Assembly (NCBI GenBank): GCA_965208575.1
Contig: CBDBOV010000006.1
Span: 1,248,001 to 1,312,000 of the forward strand
Length of the DNA: 64,000 nucleotides
Direction: 5' to 3'
DNA from: Spirochaetia bacterium
Lineage (GTDB): Bacteria > Spirochaetota > Spirochaetia > SZUA-6 > Bin103
Shown: positions 10,315 through 19,328 of the stretch, piece by piece
How the letters are laid out: each line of letters opens with the position of its first letter
Numbering within the stretch: position 1 is the stretch's first letter
Notes under the pieces: model-generated
The model's database searches: none
What the model was told of the DNA's origin: nothing
What the model saw: the letters and a program-made list of their open reading frames with translations, nothing else
Position numbers and translations under genes: made by a program

Positions 10315-11145
10315 CTACAGAATCTCGGTGGCAGCGAGCCGGACATGCTCGGCGGCGACCACCGAGCAATGCTCGCGAGCGGCCGCCATGAGGGCGCCGC
10401 GGGCGAGATGATTGGCGCGCCGCAGGAGCCCGCCGGAGCCCTGATGGATGGCGACGGCGGCTTCGTCGCTGAGCAGGTCGGCGCTGCGCCGCGCTGTGGC
10501 GGACTGGGTGTCCCGCCCGGCGGCGAGCTGCAGATGGTGGTCGAGGTAGCCGCGCATGTCATCAAGGGAGAGAGCATCGAGGTGGCTGCGGCCCACGACC
10601 CGTGAGGCGAGCGGGCGCGAGGTATGGAACAACAGGCGGTCAAGCAGGCTGCTCTGGCCGGCCAGCACCATCGGCATCAAGGTCTGCGAATCGAAGGCGA
10701 ACTGAGTGAGAGTGTGGAGCTGTGCGAACACCTCGAAGCGGAGCAGATGTGCCTCGTCGACGACCAGCAACGGGGTCTGCTTCTTGCGCCTGATGTCGGT
10801 CAGCAGGTCGCGCACGGTGCGGCTGAGGACGGCCAGTGAGGAGCGCGGGGGGGTGCCCATCTCCAGGCAGATCTGGCGCAGCAGGTCGAGCAGCGTGCCG
10901 GTGGTGGCGATGACCGCCAGGAGACGGTATTCGGCGGGGTGCAGGGTGCTCGTGACATGGCGCAGGGAAGTGGATTTTCCCGCTCCCACCTCGCCGGTGA
11001 TGACGGTGATGAGGCCGAGCCCGAGGGCATACTGAAAGCGCTCGGTGAGCGCTTTCAGGCCCGGGATCGGGTACAGACCGTTGATCGGGACGTCCTGGGG
11101 GAACGGATCGCGTTGGAAACCGAAGGCATGTCTGAGGTCGATCAT
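10315..11145 (-). CDS. ExeA/GspA-like AAA+ ATPase (transposition helper)
   Basis: FGFQRDPF N-terminus; Walker A GEVGAGKS; Walker B VVDEAH; LAGQ. ATGA overlap with the integrase. Confidence 0.9.
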   Translation of the reverse strand: MIDLRHAFGFQRDPFPQDVPINGLYPIPGLKALTERFQYALGLGLITVITGEVGAGKSTSLRHVTSTLHPAEYRLLAVIATTGTLLDLLRQICLEMGTPPRSSLAVLSRTVRDLLTDIRRKKQTPLLVVDEAHLLRFEVFAQLHTLTQFAFDSQTLMPMVLAGQSSLLDRLLFHTSRPLASRVVGRSHLDALSLDDMRGYLDHHLQLAAGRDTQSATARRSADLLSDEAAVAIHQGSGGLLRRANHLARGALMAAAREHCSVVAAEHVRLAATEIL

Positions 11146-12458
11146 CGGTCGGACTCCTCGAACAGCTGGCCGCCGCGGGGGCCGGGCTGGGGGTCATCAG
11201 CGGGCGGCTCCGGCGCCGGCTCGAGCTCGGTCTCATGGCCGCTGATGCGGCGCACGCGGCTGTTGACGTGGGGGTTCAACTCACTGAGGAAGCCGTAAGA
11301 GCGATCTTCGAAGAACACCTCGATGCGGGACGGATCAGCCTCATGATAGAGCAGGTTGACGGTGTTCCCGATGAGCCCCACCGGCGCTTCGTAGAGCTTG
11401 CCGTAGAGGGCGACGGCACGATCCTTGTCGACCTTGCGGCGCACCATGGTGCGGAAGTGGTCACGCACATTCTGGGGCGCAGGCCGCAGCAGTTCCAGGT
11501 GGCGCAGATAGCGCTGCAGGGGCTGCTCCCCGGTGCTGGAGTGAAGCCGCTGATGGTAGCTGTGGTCGAGCCACTCGGCAAGCTGGGCGTTGAGCTGCTC
11601 GAGGGTATCGTGATCGCTGACCAGAGGCAGCATCTGGGTGCGTATGGTGCGGAAATAGCGCTCGATTTTACCCTTTCCCTGGGGCGTGTATGGGGTCGCG
11701 AAGAGGAGCGCTATGCCCAGCGATGCACAGGCGTAACTGAGTCGTTGGGAGCGAAAGCTGGGGCCGTTATCGACATACAGTTTGCGTGGCAGACCGCGCG
11801 TTTCGAGCGCCCGCAGCAGGCAGTCCTGGAAACAGTCGATGTTTTCACGCAGATAGAAGCGGGCGCCGGTGATGAGCCGCGAGTGATCATCGATGCAGGC
11901 GAACAGAAACGTCTTGCGCAGCTTGCCGTCGCTTTTCACGCGCGGGCCGTGCATGCAATCCGCTTGCCACAAGTCGTTCGGCAGTTCCGCTTCGAAGCGC
12001 CGCCGGTCCTGCGTCGCGGGCCGCTGCCGGTGCAGACCATGGCGCCGGAACAATCGGTAGATGCTTTGCCGTGAGGCTGCGAAGTCGGGCGGCAGGAGAT
12101 TGCGGCGGCGCGCCACCTGCAGCACCACTGACAACGACGCCTGTGCCAGTTCACGCCGGAGATTGACCAGTGCCAACTCGGTCTCGGGATCGATGCTGCG
12201 CCCCACGCCGGCGTCCGCGCGGTCCTTCGGGAACAGGCTCTCCAGTTTCTTGCCGCTGTGCTCGTAACGCCGCAGCCAGTCGCGGATCGTCGACCGGCTG
12301 ATCGAACTGCGCAGCGAGAATGGGATCTTCCATTCCTGCTCCGCCAGGTCCTTGATGCGCGCCTCGCGCTTGCCCTGGTCGAGCTTCGCATACCCGATCA
12401 GGCCGGCGATCACACCGAACCGGAACAACGCGATCCGCTTTTTCTTCTCTTCCTCCAT
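11142..12458 (-). CDS. DDE-type integrase/transposase with Mu-transposase-like C-terminus
   Basis: GGAGG RBS then MEEEKKKRIALFRFGVI; WQADCMHG, IDDHSR, YVDNG, GKGKIER. Confidence 0.9.
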   Translation of the reverse strand: MEEEKKKRIALFRFGVIAGLIGYAKLDQGKREARIKDLAEQEWKIPFSLRSSISRSTIRDWLRRYEHSGKKLESLFPKDRADAGVGRSIDPETELALVNLRRELAQASLSVVLQVARRRNLLPPDFAASRQSIYRLFRRHGLHRQRPATQDRRRFEAELPNDLWQADCMHGPRVKSDGKLRKTFLFACIDDHSRLITGARFYLRENIDCFQDCLLRALETRGLPRKLYVDNGPSFRSQRLSYACASLGIALLFATPYTPQGKGKIERYFRTIRTQMLPLVSDHDTLEQLNAQLAEWLDHSYHQRLHSSTGEQPLQRYLRHLELLRPAPQNVRDHFRTMVRRKVDKDRAVALYGKLYEAPVGLIGNTVNLLYHEADPSRIEVFFEDRSYGFLSELNPHVNSRVRRISGHETELEPAPEPPADDPQPGPRGGQLFEESDR

Positions 12459-12739
12459 GATCGAGGAACCTCCTGGGGTGTTGGTGGCATCAATTTGCTC
12501 CCCATTGGTTCGCCGATCACCGCAAAGATCCGGTAGGCTTGGGGTCACCCAGGCGCCAGTTCGCGTTATTTTCTCCGCTCCGATCATGATCAGCCGCGCC
12601 ACCAGCGCCCTGCCCGCAGCGTCGCCCGGACAGCCACCCAAGCGCCAAAGGCGCTCGCCAGCACCGCGGCGGCGTCCTCCTGCACTGCTCACCAGCCACT
12701 TGCCCGGTCTGAGCCGGCACCCCGCGACCAGCACCGTGC

Positions 12740-13351
12740 TCATCGTGCCCCGTGACTGGGTGTCGGCTCATTCCCTGGCTCCTTCAGGGCGCTGTCTGCT
12801 GTGCTCCCGACGCCATCAAGGTGTCCCGCAAAGCCCACCACCGGCACCGCCAGCACCAACTCGGGGGCGGCATCCACTCGCCGTATCTGGCGGTAGCTCA
12901 CCGAATGCGTACTGACGATGATCAACCGCACCACCAGCGCCTTCAGCGCACTGGCCGCAACCTGGCCCGGCCGGCTCACCGCGGTCACCCCCTCCAGCAA
13001 CAACTGCCGGCGCAACCCCTGGCGCCAGTACTGCTGCCGCTGTCGGCTCACCCGCGCGATCCAGCGACCACCCTTCAGCTTGCCCAGCAGGGCTACCAGA
13101 ATCACTCGCCACGGCGCCCAGAACCCGCGGTAGTGGCTGTCCGGTCGCAGCGTGTACACGGTCCCGCAGTCCGGACACCGGTAGCGCTTCATCCACAGCG
13201 GCTCGCCGCAGCCATCGAAGCACCGTCCGACATAGCCATGGCCCCACGGCCGCCTCCGACCGCACTCCAGGCAGCGCTCCGGCCGCGGCCACCGATACTC
13301 CTTGCCCTGTTCCTGAAGTCTCTTGAAATCAACCGCCAGATGGAGTACCAA
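12740..13351 (-). CDS. Zinc-ribbon accessory protein (DUF6431-like)
   Basis: WPRPERCLECG...HGYVGR...KRYRCPDCG (two CxxC pairs); first gene of the transposon. Confidence 0.7.
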   Translation of the reverse strand: MVLHLAVDFKRLQEQGKEYRWPRPERCLECGRRRPWGHGYVGRCFDGCGEPLWMKRYRCPDCGTVYTLRPDSHYRGFWAPWRVILVALLGKLKGGRWIARVSRQRQQYWRQGLRRQLLLEGVTAVSRPGQVAASALKALVVRLIIVSTHSVSYRQIRRVDAAPELVLAVPVVGFAGHLDGVGSTADSALKEPGNEPTPSHGAR

Positions 13352-13367
13352 TCGGCTGTCCTTAGTT

Positions 13368-13410
13368 CAGGGTAGCTGTCCGGTTCTCATCACCTGGGGC
13401 AGCTACCCTG
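13368..13410. promoter_or_regulatory. Stem-loop near the transposon end
   Basis: CAGGGTAGCTGTCC ... GGGCAGCTACCCTG inverted repeat. Confidence 0.5.
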
Positions 13411-13507
13411 TTTTTCTGGTCAGTTTACCTCGACTCTCCCGTCCTCCACTCCAGTCGATCGTGAGACGTCCGCCCCCATTCCGCTCAGATCAATCTGAGA
13501 GCCGACA

Positions 13508-13820
13508 CGCTCAACACCAGCGGCAGCTTCTTGGGCTGCTTGGCGAACGGGATGGACTCGATGTGCCAGTCCTTGCCGAGGGTCTTGAGGTACAGGAAGC
13601 GGAGCGCGCAGACCGCCTGATTGAAGCTGCCCCAGCCCAGATTTCGCTCCTGCACCAAGTGCAGTTGATAGACCCGTATGTCGTCGAGCCCGAGAAGTTC
13701 CGGAGAGCGGTTGAAGTAGCGAGCAAACAACGCGACCTGGCGGACGTAGTATTCGATGGTGTGCGGCGACAGGTTGCGCACCTGCATGTCTTCGATCATT
13801 CTCTGGCGCAGTGGTGTCAT
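13508..13820 (-). pseudogene. Tyrosine recombinase, N-terminal SAM-like half
   Basis: GAGGAG RBS; MTPLRQRMIEDMQVRNLSPHT..YV...ALRFLY...KLPLVLS, typical of integrases paired with IS91-like transposases. Confidence 0.9.
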
Positions 13821-13989
13821 GATGGACTCCTCCTCGTGTCGAGACACGTGGACCATCAGCCCCCGGGGCGGCGCTTCGCTCCGGGGGCAACCACCTGTCT
13901 CCCGGTTAGTAGCGTTCAGACACCATATGAGCGTTGCGTTTGGAAAGGGGCTCCCGCATCGCGACGGCAGGCGCCCCTACCGCGGAGCG

Positions 13990-14034
13990 GTTTAGTTCAA
14001 CGCATTTTATGTGAAGTGCGGGATTATGTGAAGT
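13990..14034 (-). other. dif-like site with a duplicated XerC-like arm
   Basis: Minus strand reads ACTTCACATAA-TCCCGC-ACTTCACATAA-AATGCG-TTGAACTAAAC. Confidence 0.65.
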
Positions 14035-14356
14035 GATTCAACTTAAATCATGGTATACAGGTAATTTGTATCGACGATCGCTTCGCATTATCCCAAGTCC
14101 AGGAGCATGGCGATGAGAGTGTCGGGTGACGTGGACCCGATAGGTTGGACAGTGGATGGGATATTGTAGAGTGCATCTCGTTCGTTGTCAACCCACCCTC
14201 CTGGTCGAGATGATCAGGCGGCGGTAATGGGGGTGGGGTCCGGGGAGGGGGTGAGCGAGCCTGTGGATATGTGGATACTTCGTCCCCACTGCTCGCGCTC
14301 CCGTTGGTCCTCGGATGCCCTTGCACCCCATGCCAACCGCCTGCCGTTCCTGTTCG

Positions 14357-15193
14357 CTACGCCACCTCCTGCTGTTGTTCCGCCACCCCGTCGCGGTACG
14401 CTTCCGCGGGCGTACGCCCGCCGAGCGCCGAGTGTGGTCGGGTCTCGTTGTAGAATGCCATCCACCCGTCGATCACCCGCTGCGCCTCGAAGCCATCCTC
14501 CAAATCGTGCAGGTATACCGACTCGTACTTCAGCGAGCGCCACAACCGTTCGATGAATACGTTATCCAGACAACGACCGCGCCCGTCCATCGAGCACCGT
14601 ATCCCGGTCGCCTCCAACTGGCCGGTGAACGCGATGCTGGTGAACTGGCTGCCCTGATCGGTGTTGAAGATCTCGGGAATGCCGAAGTCTTCCAGAGCGT
14701 CCGCCAACGCCTCCAGGCAGAAGGAGGTGTCCATCGTGTTGGACAGCCGCCAGGCCAACACCCGCCGGCTCGCCCAGTCCATGATCGCCACCAGGTACAG
14801 AAATCCTCCCTGCACCGGGATGTAGGTCAGGTCCGCGCACCACACCTGGTTCGGGCGCTCAATCGTAAGCCCTCGCAGCAGATACGGATACACCCGATGG
14901 TCCGGGTGCGCGACGCTGGTGCGTGGCTTGCGGTAGATCGCCTCCAGCCCCAACAGCCGCATCAGCCGCCGCACCCGGTGCCGACCGACCCGCTTTCCCT
15001 CGCGTGCCAGATGGCGCATCATCTGCCGGCTGCCGTAGAACGGACATTCCAGATAAAGTTCGTCGATGCGGCGCATCAACGCGAGCGTGTCAGCGCTCTC
15101 GCCCACCGCTCGGTAGTACAGCGTCGACCGGTTCAGCCCGATCAGGCGGCACTGCCGGCTGATGCTCAGACCCTCGTGCTCGCGGTCGATCAT
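14357..15193 (-). CDS. IS3 transposase OrfB (integrase core)
   Basis: FYGSR, PNQVWCADLTY, DWASR, FNTDQGSQFTS, DNVFIERLWRSLKYE. Confidence 0.93.
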   Translation of the reverse strand: MIDREHEGLSISRQCRLIGLNRSTLYYRAVGESADTLALMRRIDELYLECPFYGSRQMMRHLAREGKRVGRHRVRRLMRLLGLEAIYRKPRTSVAHPDHRVYPYLLRGLTIERPNQVWCADLTYIPVQGGFLYLVAIMDWASRRVLAWRLSNTMDTSFCLEALADALEDFGIPEIFNTDQGSQFTSIAFTGQLEATGIRCSMDGRGRCLDNVFIERLWRSLKYESVYLHDLEDGFEAQRVIDGWMAFYNETRPHSALGGRTPAEAYRDGVAEQQQEVA

Positions 15194-15213
15194 CTCTCGT
15201 CGCTCGGCCCGGC

Positions 15214-15498
15214 TCAGCGCCCGAGCCCGCGTGCTAAAAAATCGCGCTCCACGGTCAACTCCCCGATCTTGGCATGCAGGTCGTGAATGGTCTCATCGTG
15301 CTCCTTCTGCCGCCGGCTCCGGCCGTCGGCGAACAGGTCCCGCAGACCGGTCTGAGCCTGCCGCTTCCAACTGCTGATCTGGTTCGGATGTATTTCGTGC
15401 TTGGCCGCGATCGCCTGGATCGTACGGTCTCCCCGCAGCGCCTCAATCACTACCTTCGCCTTGAACTCCGCTGTGAACCGACGCCTCTTCGTCGCCAT
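15214..15498 (-). CDS. IS3 transposase OrfA (HTH)
   Basis: RRRFTAEFKAKV...WKRQ...KIGELTVERDFL. Confidence 0.92.
   Translation of the reverse strand: MATKRRRFTAEFKAKVVIEALRGDRTIQAIAAKHEIHPNQISSWKRQAQTGLRDLFADGRSRRQKEHDETIHDLHAKIGELTVERDFLARGLGR
15235..15241 (-). other. Programmed -1 frameshift heptamer T TTT TTA (OrfA-OrfB fusion)
   Basis: The -1 frame after the heptamer is open into OrfB (FSTRARALSRAERREMID). Confidence 0.75.
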
Positions 15499-15565
15499 CT
15501 TGCTGGCCCTCCTCGTGGCCTTGGATACACTCTACCATACCGTCCGTTTTTCCGGGACCAGCTCA

Positions 15566-16711
15566 ATCGCCGCCGATCCCAAACATCTGGGCGCCGACAT
15601 CGGCTTCATCGCTGTGCTGCACACCTGGGGCCAGACGCTCGTGCACCATCCCCATCTCCACTGCGTCATCCCCGGCGGCGGGCTGTCACCCGACGGCGCC
15701 GACTGGATATCCTGCCGCAACGGCTTCTTCCTCCCGGTCCGGGTTCTCTCGAAACTGTTTCGCGGCAAGATGCTGGCGGCGCTGCAGGAACACTTCGCTG
15801 CCGACCGCCTCCAGTTCCACGGTGCCCTTGCCGAGTTGGCTGATCCCGGTCGCTTCCGAGCACTCTGCGAGCAACTGCGCGCCAAGCAGTGGGTGGTGTA
15901 TTGCAAGCCACCCTTCGGCGGCCCCGAGCAGGTGCTGAAATATCTCGCCCGCTACACCCATCGCGTCGCCATCGCCAACAGCAGGATCACGGCGGCTGAC
16001 GCGGACTCGGTGCGCTTCCGCTACCAGGACTATGCTGGTGGCCACCGGCACCGCATGATGCAACTCGATGCGGTCGAATTTCTGCGTCGTTTCCTGCAGC
16101 ACGTCCTGCCCGACCGCTTCGTCCGCATTCGTCACTACGGATTTCTCGCCAATCGTGCCCGCAAGGAGAAACTGCCGCTGTGCCGCCGCCTGATCGCGCG
16201 CACCACCGGCAACGAAATGATTGCTGCACCTGCTCTCGAAACTTCCACCGATGATGGCGAGCGCTGTCCTGCGTGTCAGCAAACCATGCGGCGTATCCAG
16301 GAATTCCGCTCCCAAACCACCTGGGAATACCGGCCGCTTCGCCGTGGTCCACCCGACACCGCATGAAGCAATCGCCACCACGCCGTCGGCTCGACTCCAG
16401 CACTCGCCTCTCTGGCAGCCCTTTTGTCGCTGCCCGAGCGCATCCGTGCCCGTCGGGAACCCGAGATCTGCCCGCCAACCGCGCGCCGCCGCCGCATCGC
16501 ACGGCAACATCACCGCTTCCCGGTCTTTCTTCGTCAGCCTGGGCGTTCCCCACCACGCTCAGCACTCCGCCGGCACGCGATACCGGCATTCCAAGCCCCA
16601 TAGATAGGCCCGCGGTTTAGTTCAATCAACCCTATCCGAACTGTGCCCGGCGACGCCGGCTATGGCTAGCGCACGCTGCTCTCGGGCACAGCTCGGATAG
16701 ACTCCTTCTCA
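15566..16711 (+). mobile_element. 5'-truncated inverted copy of the IS91-like element (transposase remnant 15566-16366 + intact terminal region)
   Basis: The translation from IAADPKHLG onward is identical to 8202-9003. It begins exactly at the IS3 TIR. Confidence 0.9.
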
Positions 16712-17212
16712 TTATGCGAAGCTTCACATAACGCGTTCGTTGCGGAGCTCACCACAGGTTGCGCCACGCTCAGCGCCATGCTTACGCCGAGAGTGTGCCG
16801 TCGACGATCCACGATCGCGTGCACGACCGGGTGGGCGCCGTCGAACGTGATCATGTCAGGGCGCGCCTCTGAAGCCCGGCGTGCTCCGGTGTTCGCGGTC
16901 GATCCCGGGAACGCGGGCGGACCGTCGGATTGCATGCGGTTATCAAGCGAGCCGGGGCGTGATCGCGCCATCATGGAACCTGCGCTCCCGACTACCGGCG
17001 CCGGCGGGTCGTTCACCGCTCCTACCGCTACCGTCGCCGCGGTCGAAGCCGCGCACGATCGCGCCGCCAATCCAGTTCGCCAGTCTCCGGTCGTTCACTT
17101 CCGCGCCATTGAGCGGGTAGACCTCGCTGCAAAGTTGTCCATGCCGCTCTCCCCGCTCTCCCCGCTCGTGTACCGCGTGTGCCCCGCGCCGCCCACGCCG
17201 TCGCTTGCGTGG

Positions 17213-18013
17213 TCAGCGGGCGAGGATTGCTTCGAGGTTGGGGCGGTCGATCAGGGCGGCGTCGGCGGGGCGCTCCAGGAAGGGCTGCACGTCGCGGGCC
17301 AGTTCGCGGGTGTCCAGGCCGGCCAGGCGCGCGGACAGCAGGTCGCGCCAATCGGCCGCCCGGTACGTGCCTGCGCCTTGCGTCTGGTCGAGTGCGTTCT
17401 GCAGGAGTTGCAGGTTCGGCTCCAGCGGCGGGCGGCGTGAGCGGTACCAGATCAGGTCGTACCAGTCGCGGCCCTTGGGGTAGCCGCGGGTCAGCAGCGC
17501 GTGCAGCTTGCCGGCGAACAGCGATGGCAGGTCGTAGTGGCTGACGACGAAGGTGAAGTGGCGGGTCACGAGCGTGCGCTGCATCGCGGCGCCTGCCGGC
17601 GGACGGATGTCGATCTCCAGCTTCACGGAGAGGTTCTGGCGCGCGTGGCCGGACAGGCCGGCCTCCGCTAGCAGGTGCGCGGTTCGCACCCAGGCCACCT
17701 GCACCGGCTCGCGGTCGATCCAGCGAATGGTGCTGTCGAAGCCGGCGAGGTGGAGGTCGCGCTTCAGTTTCTCCAGCCAGCGCACGGGTTCGTAGCCGTC
17801 AGCAGAGACGCGGGAGAAGTCGAGGTCTTCCGAGAAGCGCGGCAACTCCTCCAGGAAGCGCAGCGCCGTGCCGCCGACGAACGCCACCGCCCGCCCCGCC
17901 TCGCTCTCGTGCAGCGACCGCATGATGAACGCCTGCAGGTACTCGCGCAGCGCGTTGAGCCGGCGCGGCGGATCGTCGAATCGTAGCGCCTGGGCGAGCG
18001 CCTGATCCTTCAC
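17213..18013 (-). CDS. AbiEii-family nucleotidyltransferase toxin
   Basis: LREYLQ, FVGGTALR, RFSEDLDFS, GKLHAL, KGRDWYD. GTGA overlap with the upstream gene. Confidence 0.9.
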   Translation of the reverse strand: MKDQALAQALRFDDPPRRLNALREYLQAFIMRSLHESEAGRAVAFVGGTALRFLEELPRFSEDLDFSRVSADGYEPVRWLEKLKRDLHLAGFDSTIRWIDREPVQVAWVRTAHLLAEAGLSGHARQNLSVKLEIDIRPPAGAAMQRTLVTRHFTFVVSHYDLPSLFAGKLHALLTRGYPKGRDWYDLIWYRSRRPPLEPNLQLLQNALDQTQGAGTYRAADWRDLLSARLAGLDTRELARDVQPFLERPADAALIDRPNLEAILAR

Positions 18014-18651
18014 AGTTCGACTCCCTCGGCTTCCTGCTCGGCGCTGCACGCCAGCCACACGTCCACGGCGCGCCCGATGCGCGGCTTTCCGATGCGATGC
18101 GCAAAAGCGCGCAGGCGGTCGCGGTCGACGACGTCGGTCTGCTGGAACCGCATCTCGGTCATCCGGCGCCGGTCCCACTCGCCCGGGTGCAGGTGGAACA
18201 GGTCGAGCAGCGCCTTCTCGGCGGTCGCCACCAGCGCGTCGCTGCCGGCGACCGACACGCCGTGGTAGCCGAAGAACATGCTCCTCTTGATGGCCGTGTA
18301 GCGGAACATGCCGAACGTATTTTCGAAATGAGCGGGACCGCGGGTGGTCACGCTGGTGTAGACCGGCACCGCCTCGGGGATCAGGCCGTAGAAACCGAGC
18401 GCCCAGGGGCCGCTGAGATAGGACGGAGAGCAGAGGGCGTTGGCCAGCGCCGCCGGCGGCACCGGCACGCGGCGGTAGCGGTCGGCCAGGGCATACATGC
18501 CGCGGCGCAGCGGGATCAGCTTGCCCGCCCGGCTCCAGCGGTAGAGCTGGTTCACCACGTCGCGCCGCGGTTCGCCGCACAGTTGCACGACCGTCGCCAA
18601 GTCGAACCAGGGCGTCGCACCCAGCAGGTCTGCCACTTCATCAAGGCGCAT
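18010..18651 (-). CDS. AbiEi-family antitoxin (type IV TA)
   Basis: LRRGMY, PSYLS..WALGFYGLIPE, TSVT, EKALLDL. Confidence 0.88.
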   Translation of the reverse strand: MRLDEVADLLGATPWFDLATVVQLCGEPRRDVVNQLYRWSRAGKLIPLRRGMYALADRYRRVPVPPAALANALCSPSYLSGPWALGFYGLIPEAVPVYTSVTTRGPAHFENTFGMFRYTAIKRSMFFGYHGVSVAGSDALVATAEKALLDLFHLHPGEWDRRRMTEMRFQQTDVVDRDRLRAFAHRIGKPRIGRAVDVWLACSAEQEAEGVEL

Positions 18652-18661
18652 ATTACAAACC

Positions 18662-18699
18662 GTTGATGATAACCTACAGAAACGCCGGTTATTGTCAAC
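18662..18699 (-). promoter_or_regulatory. abiE promoter with inverted-repeat operator
   Basis: GTTGATGATAACC / GGTTATTGTCAAC (11/13 IR) overlapping a minus-strand TTGACA. AbiEi autoregulation through promoter IRs is established for this family. Confidence 0.6.
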
Positions 18700-18760
18700 A
18701 GTTCCCGCCTGAGAGACCCAGGGTTCCACCAAGTTTCGACGGGCAGTGCTGCGGACCGTA

Positions 18761-19324
18761 CTAAACGTTAGCGGCGTCGAAGAGCGAGTGGACGTCGACG
18801 GTCAGGCCCGGCAGGAGGGGGGATTCCACTTGCGCTCCACGGGCAAAGGTGCCGTGCTCGATATACGCGCCGTCGCGGTAGGTCAGCACCGTGACCTCGG
18901 CGGTGCGAGGGTCGACGATCCAGTACTCGGGGATCCCGGCACCGGCGTAGTCGCGCCGCTTGTCCACCACGTCGCGTTCCGGTTGGTCTGGGCTGACGAT
19001 CTCGACCACCACGTCCGCCCCGGTCCAGAACCGGTTGCCGCGGCGGGCATCGGCGGCGTCCCGCGCCAGCAACAGGTCCGGTTCGCGAAACGTCCCGTCC
19101 GCTGTGCGCAACCGCAACGGGGCGAACAGTACCTTGCCGCCGCGTCCATGCACGAACGCCGCAAACAACTCGTAGAGAAAGGCCAGGATGCTCTGGTGCT
19201 CGTCGGTCGGCATCGGAAGCAACTCAAGGTGGCCATCGGTCAACTCGATCAACTGACTGCTGTGGTCGCTCAGCCATAGATACTCGTCCTCGCGCCACCC
19301 ACCTTGCTGGAGACAAACCGCCAC
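18761..19324 (-). CDS. Uma2-family PD-(D/E)XK endonuclease
   Basis: ELTDGHL, P..EHQ, REPDL, VVEIVSP, D..DKRRDY, GIPEYWIVDP. Confidence 0.9.
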   Translation of the reverse strand: MAVCLQQGGWREDEYLWLSDHSSQLIELTDGHLELLPMPTDEHQSILAFLYELFAAFVHGRGGKVLFAPLRLRTADGTFREPDLLLARDAADARRGNRFWTGADVVVEIVSPDQPERDVVDKRRDYAGAGIPEYWIVDPRTAEVTVLTYRDGAYIEHGTFARGAQVESPLLPGLTVDVHSLFDAANV

Positions 19325-19328
19325 TGTC

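Larger units (their letters stand above)
9937..13507 (-). mobile_element. DDE integrase + ExeA-type ATPase transposon with TGT...ACA ends (IS481/IS21/Mu-like)
   Basis: Imperfect TIRs TGTTGGGTCTCACGTAATTCTG / TGTCGGCTCTCAGATTGATCTG. It separates the two recombinase halves. The flanks GGCT and CGCT are only an imperfect duplication. Confidence 0.85.
5874..14034 (-). mobile_element. IS91-like element with upstream tyrosine recombinase (left copy), carrying two nested insertions
   Basis: Recombinase + Y2 HUH transposase operon. 5874-5969 plus 7953-9003 is the reverse complement of 15566-16711. The end at 5874 is followed by CAAG in element orientation. The upstream boundary is approximate. Confidence 0.75.
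14127..15565 (-). mobile_element. IS3-family insertion sequence
   Basis: TIRs TGACGTGGACCCGATAGGTTGGACAG / TGAGCTGGTCCCGGAAAAACGGACGG; orfA/orfB arrangement; no target duplication. Confidence 0.9.

Noticed and set aside
16712-17440. Possible in-frame continuation of the HNH gene (NL|LCEASHN...) beyond the inverted element copies, and ORF 16778-17440
   Set aside because: The Cys/His spacing does not fit the HNH consensus, the peptide arises from a DNA palindrome, and the ORF would overlap AbiEii in antisense. It is probably coincidental.
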